Source: Desulfatiglandales bacterium
GTDB lineage: Bacteria > Desulfobacterota > DSM-4660 > Desulfatiglandales > Desulfatiglandaceae
Length of the DNA stretch: 64,000 bases
Assembly: GCA_963662465.1 (NCBI GenBank)
Contig: OY759599.1
Coordinates: 4,800,001 to 4,864,000, forward strand
Direction of reading: 5' to 3'
Of the stretch, positions 58,208 to 64,000 are shown one piece after another. How positions within the stretch are numbered: position 1 is the first letter of the stretch; each line of letters begins with the position of its first letter. The notes below the pieces were generated by a model that was not told the DNA's origin, made no database searches, and saw only the letters and a program-made list of their open reading frames with translations. A program made the position numbers and the translations under genes.

Positions 58208-58915
58208 CTATTTTCCGCCGATCTTCAAATAATCATTCATGGTTGCGGCGCCGCCATGGCTCATTTTGTGAACCAGGTATATGAAGAGATAGGCGGTCTG
58301 GAGTGCGTCTTGAAGGGCATTGTGTTCCCCAAACCTCGGCAAATGGAATTCTTCACTCAAGGACGAAAGCCTGTAGGAATTCTGTTTTTCGTGATGATCG
58401 AAATAGGGGCCGTTTATGGACGCTTTGTAACCCATGGCAAGCCGCATGGTGTCTAGGCTTGAACTCCGAATGACGCCGCCAAGGTAATTTTGACATGCGC
58501 GATTAACAAATCCCAAATCTAAAGACACATGATGCCCTACCAGAAAGGCGCCGCCGCAAAAGTCAATAAACCCGGGCAAAACATCGACAATGCTCTTGGC
58601 CCCCAGCAATTCGCGAGGCGTAATGCGATGGATGAGGGTACTGGGCGTATGCAGCTTTCCCTGCGGTTTGATGAGCGCATAAAACGTATCCCCGCAACAG
58701 ATCCGCAAATTCCTGATGCGTACGGCCCCAATGGCAATAATTTCATCCTTTCGCGGATTAAGTCCCGTCAATTCGGTGTCAAAAACCACAAATTCACAGT
58801 TGCGAATGGGTAGATACTTGTCGGAGGCAATGCTGATCAGGTTGTTTGCAACAATAGCGGGATGCGTTGGCTGTTTGGATGAGAAAAGATTCTTTATGAA
58901 ATTTATGATCAACAT
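58208..58915 (-). CDS. DEDDh 3'-5' exonuclease (DnaQ-like)
   Basis: VFDTELTG, GHHV.LD, HNALQDA. Confidence 0.9.
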   Translation of the reverse strand: MLIINFIKNLFSSKQPTHPAIVANNLISIASDKYLPIRNCEFVVFDTELTGLNPRKDEIIAIGAVRIRNLRICCGDTFYALIKPQGKLHTPSTLIHRITPRELLGAKSIVDVLPGFIDFCGGAFLVGHHVSLDLGFVNRACQNYLGGVIRSSSLDTMRLAMGYKASINGPYFDHHEKQNSYRLSSLSEEFHLPRFGEHNALQDALQTAYLFIYLVHKMSHGGAATMNDYLKIGGK

Positions 58916-58984
58916 GAATCGTCAAAAACGAGAGATAACGCAAAGTATTCGAGTCCAAACGTCGTGTTCAATGGATCATCGTTT

Positions 58985-60895
58985 TCACAAAAGCCCGAAC
59001 TCATGTCGTACAAAGTCCTGCAAGCGCCTGATAACCTCAAATACTTCCTTTAGTGTCTGTTTTTCCAGATTAGAGAGATTCTTGGGCTTGACCTTATTGT
59101 TTAGTTCCCCCCCGTTTTCTATCGAATGGAGTTGATGAACCAACTTTATATGCATTAACAATTCATAGGCCTTGACAAGTTCAGACCCCAGATCCCCGGG
59201 AATGTGCCGGTTCTCCCGCAGGAGGCGGAGTCTTTCCAGTGTGTTGGTTTTGCGGATCCCGTATTTCAATGACATGGCCCGGGAAAAATCAACAAAAAAA
59301 ACCAGACCTTTGCATTCTAAATCCAGGGTATCTCCATATCGGCCATCCTTTTCGACCACGGAATTCCCGTAAAAAGAGAGTGGCGGTTTCAATGCGGTGC
59401 ATTCTCGCGCCAGATGGCGCGGGAATGGCTCATTTTCCCGGGTCAAGGCATGGACTTGCTCTTTCAACTCATCCACCAGCGAAACGTTTCCAACCCCAAA
59501 CCTGAAATCAAAAAAAATGGCGGGGTTAAAATTTTCTTTTCGGTCCGGAAATTCGCACCAATCCCGAAAGTATCGGCCCCACACGGATTGAGGTTGTCGC
59601 CATTTGACATTTGCGGCGGTAATATTAACCGGATCCGATGGATACCCACATGCCGTCAGATGTCTGGTGGCTTGTTCAGATAAAGTTCTGAAATATTCTT
59701 CAGCTTCCCCGGCGGTCTTTTTATCAGGGCAGTTGCCATACACGACGGCATTGGTCAGGCAGTTCTTGAAGATCTGCTCCCGACGTCCCTCACTACCCAG
59801 TAACAACCAGGCGAACGGCAGGGGGCTTTTCCCGAGTTCCTCCTGAAGAAGCGTAAGCAACCGATCCAGGACATGGTCATTTAAAATGGAGATCATCCGG
59901 GTCACGTTGCAGGCCTTTGCCCCTTCTTCAATGAGCGGACGCGCGACCATGGGAATCTTCTTACTGAGATCATACAGCCCGCTGACCCTTCTCTGTGCCT
60001 GGATTTCCCTGAAAAGGAAGTAGGGTGAGCTGCCCTGAGCCACCATGATGTCGTGGGTGGTGAGCATCTTTGATATCTTCCCGTTTTCTTCAACGGCAAG
60101 ATGGTGTATTCGATTTTTTATCATGGCCAGCAACGCATCAAAACAGACGGCATCAGCGGAAATCGTCTGAACCGACGACGCCATGATTTCCGATGCCGCG
60201 GTAGAATAACTCAGGCCCTTGGCCACAACCTTGCCGCGAATATCCTTGTCGGTAACAATTCCGACGATTTCTCCCAGATCATCGGTCAGCAAAATAGACC
60301 CGATCCTTTTTTCCGACATCAGCAGGGATACCTGCTGGACCGTGGCGTGTGCCGATGCCGTAAAAAGGTTTCCCTTGGAAATTTCCCCGACCCCGGCATT
60401 AAAAAGAAACAGCGCCCCTTCCGTGCGGGGCGAGATTTTCCGCTGCCGAAGCGCGGAATACACCGGCTCGACATTCTCCGACATGGCGCTCAAGTAATGC
60501 CGCTTTACGTTGGGATTTGTTTCAAGTAGTTTTAGAAAATCTTTTTTATCAAAGAGAAAACAGAAAGTATCATCCAGGGTTTCAATATTAAGATTTGCCG
60601 TAGTATTTTGAATAATGGGAAGAGCGCCAAAATGTTCCCCTTCACCCCGAAAATCCTTTAACGTCATGTTCCCCAGGGTGTCCAGCCTGTAACTGCGTAC
60701 ACCACCCTTCTGGATAACATAAAAATGGTTAACGTCACTCTCTCCCTGCCTGAGAATGAGCGTCCCTTTCGGGAAAAAATCAATGGTGGCTTTTTGAACA
60801 AACTTTTTTAAATGTAATGGATCAAGTTTGCTGAAAGGCAATTTGTTGCCGAGAAATTCCAGAACAACCGCATGGGGAACAACATTTTCGTTCAT
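58985..60895 (-). CDS. cNMP-CBS-DUF294 nucleotidyltransferase-like signal protein
   Basis: cNMP-binding N-terminus, CBS pair, GSEGRREQ, IFFDFR, TNTLERL. Confidence 0.9.
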   Translation of the reverse strand: MNENVVPHAVVLEFLGNKLPFSKLDPLHLKKFVQKATIDFFPKGTLILRQGESDVNHFYVIQKGGVRSYRLDTLGNMTLKDFRGEGEHFGALPIIQNTTANLNIETLDDTFCFLFDKKDFLKLLETNPNVKRHYLSAMSENVEPVYSALRQRKISPRTEGALFLFNAGVGEISKGNLFTASAHATVQQVSLLMSEKRIGSILLTDDLGEIVGIVTDKDIRGKVVAKGLSYSTAASEIMASSVQTISADAVCFDALLAMIKNRIHHLAVEENGKISKMLTTHDIMVAQGSSPYFLFREIQAQRRVSGLYDLSKKIPMVARPLIEEGAKACNVTRMISILNDHVLDRLLTLLQEELGKSPLPFAWLLLGSEGRREQIFKNCLTNAVVYGNCPDKKTAGEAEEYFRTLSEQATRHLTACGYPSDPVNITAANVKWRQPQSVWGRYFRDWCEFPDRKENFNPAIFFDFRFGVGNVSLVDELKEQVHALTRENEPFPRHLARECTALKPPLSFYGNSVVEKDGRYGDTLDLECKGLVFFVDFSRAMSLKYGIRKTNTLERLRLLRENRHIPGDLGSELVKAYELLMHIKLVHQLHSIENGGELNNKVKPKNLSNLEKQTLKEVFEVIRRLQDFVRHEFGLL

Positions 60896-60960
60896 AAAAC
60901 CGCCCAAATCAAAAAATTTGAGGATTAATGCCGGATGAAAATGAACGTTTCCGGTGTGCC

Positions 60961-61446
60961 TTAGGGTTTCTTGTTAATCGGCGCCGGAATGAGTGATTCT
61001 TTTGAAAACAGCTTAAAATACAAGAATGCAGCAATCACAATCATTGCAAGGATAAACAGAAATTCAGGAAAATATCGATTCTCCTGATGAATGAATGACA
61101 TGGCGCTCAGGATGCAAAGAAACAGATAACCACTGCGTCGAAAAAAGAGTATCTCTTTCAGTATATACATATTTATCATTGGCACAACAAGGACAGCAAT
61201 AAAATAGATGCCTTCTTCAGTATCAACCGCCAACAGAATCTTACTGATGGTTACGAATAGAAGGATCAAAGACAGAAAGATGTTCAGATACCGGTACGTC
61301 TTCTTATCCTTTAGAAGCGCCTTGTTGTTCAAATGCTGTCTCAGGGGGGTCGCATTTTCGCTGCTTTTCAGCCGTTTCCAGATTTGGAATCTGTCGTCGC
61401 CTTTTGAAAGCAGCGAATCAACTTGGTTGCTCAGCTCATCTTTCAT
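60961..61446 (-). CDS. Hypothetical membrane protein
   Basis: About four hydrophobic segments; low GC; start uncertain. Confidence 0.65.
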   Translation of the reverse strand: MKDELSNQVDSLLSKGDDRFQIWKRLKSSENATPLRQHLNNKALLKDKKTYRYLNIFLSLILLFVTISKILLAVDTEEGIYFIAVLVVPMINMYILKEILFFRRSGYLFLCILSAMSFIHQENRYFPEFLFILAMIVIAAFLYFKLFSKESLIPAPINKKP

Positions 61447-61732
61447 GAGACCACACGCAATCATCCATCCATTTTTGACTTAGACTTTGATATCATTGTT
61501 GTGTTTTCAAGCGCTGCCGGGCTTTTACGGATCCTATTCTCCCATTTGGTGAACAAAAATATCATAGAATCACAAAAAAGTACAACTTTTCTTCTTTTTC
61601 TGGTAATTGTGATGGCAGCAGTAGTCTTCGGCATGTGTTTCTCCTTGCCGATAAGTTTTAAGTTATGCCGGAATGAGTGATTCTTAAAACTTAAAACTTA
61701 CAACTTAAAACTTACAAAAGGCAGGTAAAAAC

Positions 61733-63619
61733 ATGGCATCGAGAACCCACTGGGCCGATCAATATGTGGAGAAGAAAAAAAACGCCGTTGACGCCGTACG
61801 GCTCATCAGAGGCGGTCAGCGGGTTTTTATCGGCTCTACCTGCGGCGAACCACAGCACCTCGTCAAAGCGCTTTCGGAAACCTCCAATTGCTTCTCCGAT
61901 ATCGAGATTGTCAGATTGATGGCCCTGGAAAGCGCACCCCTGGCTCTCATTGCGGATAAAACCATGTGCAGGGCCATGAATATCAGATCCTTTTATCTCG
62001 GTTCCGCGAAAACAAGCGGCATCCGCCGGAACATGAGATTCATCACGCCGATCAATCTTTCCGAGATTCCGAGGCTTTTCAAGAGCCGGCAGTTGCCCAT
62101 TCACGTGGCCCTGATCCAGGTGTCTCCTCCGGATGACTTCGGCTGGATGAGCCTGGGTATTTCCGTGGACATTACACAGGCAGCAGCCCTTTCCGCAGAT
62201 ATGGTTATCGCCCAGATCAATTCCAGAATGCCGCGGGTCCTGGGCCAGAGTTTCATCCATGTAGACGACGTGAATGTGATTGTTGAACATGACGAACCCC
62301 TGCTGACCATCAGTCAAATGCCGGAAATGGCAACAGCCGATGCTATCGGTCAGTTAACGGCCAGATTGATCGAGGATGGGTCAACCATACAGATTGGACC
62401 GGGTGTAACATCGCAGGCAACCTTGCTGGCGCTTTCCGAAAAAAATGATCTGGGTATTCACAGCCAGTATATCACCGATGATGTCATGCACCTGGTGGCG
62501 CGGGGCGCCATCACAAACCGGAAAAAAGGGTTCAATGATGGGAAACTGGTAGCCAGCAGCGCCATCGGCAGCGAGTTGCTTTACGAATATATTCATGACA
62601 ACCCTTCTATCGATTTTTACCCTTCAGACTATGTCAATGATCCCGGTATCATCGCAAGACACAATAAAATGGTGTGTATCAATGTGGGGATGTCCATGGA
62701 TCTAACGGGACAAATGGCTGCTGATGCACTCTCTCATAATTATTATTCCGGCGTAACCGGCATCCTCGATTTCATGAGAGGGGCATCCCGCTCACCGGGC
62801 GGCAAATCCATCGTGTTATTGACCTCAACATTTTCAGGCGGAACCCAGAGCAGAATTGTTCCCATGCTCGAAAATACCGCGGTCGTCGTACCCAGAGGGG
62901 ATGTCCATTATGTGATAAGCGAATATGGGGTCGTGAACCTTTTCGGAAAAAGCTTACAAGAACGGGCCATGGCCATGATCAGCATCGCACACCCCGATTT
63001 CAGGGATGAACTGTTTTTCAGGGCAAAAGAAATGGGCCTGCTGGGCCCGGAGCGAACACTAAAGGAGTCCATTCATGGCATTTATCCCGCCAGACTGGAA
63101 GAAACCCGAAAAATAAACGGCGAAGATGTGGTTTTCCGGCCCGCAAAACCTGTGGATGAAAGGCGAATTCAGGAACATTTCTACAGTTTGAACCAAGATG
63201 ACGTGGTCGCCAGATTCTTTCATAAAAAGCACAGTTTTTTCAAGGACGACCTTGCCGATATGCTTCAGATCGATTACGTCAATGATATGACCATGGTGGC
63301 CGTAGTGGGAGAAGTCGGGTTTGGAAAGGTCATCGGCATTGGGGAATACCTGCTCGTTCCGTCAACAAACATGGCGGAAGTCGCCTTTTCCGTAAGCCGG
63401 GAATATCAAGGTAAAAAAATCGGAAAAATCCTCCTGCTCAAACTGACCCAGGCCGCACTTGAAAATGGCATTTCCGGTTTGTTTGCCATGACTTCGCCGA
63501 GCAACATGGGAATGATTCGGCTGTTTAAAACCCTGCCGTATAAGGTCAAAAGCGTGTTTGAGGACGATATGGTCGCTCTGAGTTGCCGCTTCGATGAACC
63601 ACGATTGAAAACCCCATAA
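61733..63619 (+). CDS. Acetyl-CoA hydrolase/transferase domain fused to GNAT acetyltransferase
   Basis: CGEPQ, VSPPD..G..SLG, DLTGQ, DFMRGA, GGKSI, AHPDFR; C-terminal AEVAF, YQGKKIG. Confidence 0.92.
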   Translation: MASRTHWADQYVEKKKNAVDAVRLIRGGQRVFIGSTCGEPQHLVKALSETSNCFSDIEIVRLMALESAPLALIADKTMCRAMNIRSFYLGSAKTSGIRRNMRFITPINLSEIPRLFKSRQLPIHVALIQVSPPDDFGWMSLGISVDITQAAALSADMVIAQINSRMPRVLGQSFIHVDDVNVIVEHDEPLLTISQMPEMATADAIGQLTARLIEDGSTIQIGPGVTSQATLLALSEKNDLGIHSQYITDDVMHLVARGAITNRKKGFNDGKLVASSAIGSELLYEYIHDNPSIDFYPSDYVNDPGIIARHNKMVCINVGMSMDLTGQMAADALSHNYYSGVTGILDFMRGASRSPGGKSIVLLTSTFSGGTQSRIVPMLENTAVVVPRGDVHYVISEYGVVNLFGKSLQERAMAMISIAHPDFRDELFFRAKEMGLLGPERTLKESIHGIYPARLEETRKINGEDVVFRPAKPVDERRIQEHFYSLNQDDVVARFFHKKHSFFKDDLADMLQIDYVNDMTMVAVVGEVGFGKVIGIGEYLLVPSTNMAEVAFSVSREYQGKKIGKILLLKLTQAALENGISGLFAMTSPSNMGMIRLFKTLPYKVKSVFEDDMVALSCRFDEPRLKTP

Positions 63620-63849
63620 CGGGATTTTTCCTCCCAAATTTCATACCCCTGCTTTTACCCGCCTGTCTGCCGGATAACGAGTGTCTCCAAAAAACGCGGA
63701 GTAATTTTCACTTTCCATTCTCCTTGATCTTCATGGATGACGCGCCATTTTCAGCAGGATTGAAAAACGCATCAATGCGTCAAAAATTGAGGCCCCTTGT
63801 TATTTTTTTCACAATATCCATAAGATACCGGCCCAAATTTTTAATTGAC

Positions 63850-63869
63850 AAATTGAACAGATTCAATTT
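63850..63869. promoter_or_regulatory. Operator-like palindrome next to a TTGACA box
   Basis: AAATTGAA-CAGA-TTCAATTT; TTGACA at 63845-63850; RBS AAGGAGG at the window end. Confidence 0.55.
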
Positions 63870-64000
63870 AAAACGTAAAAGGCCTAGAGAAGCCCCTGAG
63901 AAATGTTGCGGAAAAACGCGGCTGTTTTTGACGATTTTCAGACTTCAAAGAGCGACCGTTTTTTCCAACTAAACCTGTTTTAATTGAACTAAGGAGGACA

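Noticed and set aside
1..64000. CRISPR array, rRNA, prophage or integrase
   Set aside because: No regularly spaced 25-45 bp repeats with spacers, no rRNA signatures and no phage or recombinase ORFs seen

Overview
Chromosomal window of a deltaproteobacterial (Desulfobacterota-like) anaerobe; the taxon is inferred from gene content. Left third (60-21705, minus strand): a cell-surface locus. An UpxY/RfaH-type antiterminator heads an NDP-sugar epimerase, a type II secretion cluster (gspE F G H I J K L M C D), a Wzm/Wzt glycan exporter, a GT2 and a methyltransferase-GNAT fusion. It ends in a secreted 384-aa candidate S-layer protein with a perfect sigma70 promoter and a long leader rich in Shine-Dalgarno motifs. 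A complete IS (24-bp TIRs, 9-bp TSD) and a 175-bp MITE lie in tandem in one target site upstream of that gene. Next come tRNA-Pro(CGG), pyrE, a TMTC-like GT-C/TPR protein with a DPM-synthase-like GT2, DUF2304 and GT4, a divergent dnaA paralog and a radical SAM gene. A histidine kinase/NtrC pair is followed by enhancer palindromes, an IHF-like site, a sigma54 promoter and an unannotated ~70-nt sRNA candidate with an anti-SD seed. The rest holds rnc-radical SAM-era, a decayed low-GC insert (IS4 remnant, GDPD pseudogene, LtaS/MdoB-like gene), letAB/pqiAB-like genes, a frameshifted hydrolase, fabH, cysteine desulfurase, priA, moaA, exeAB, a divergent EF-G, a GAF-kinase-USP-larB operon and an acyl-CoA sensing cluster with two apparent pseudo-enzyme domains. 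All calls come from reading motifs by eye; no database searches were run.
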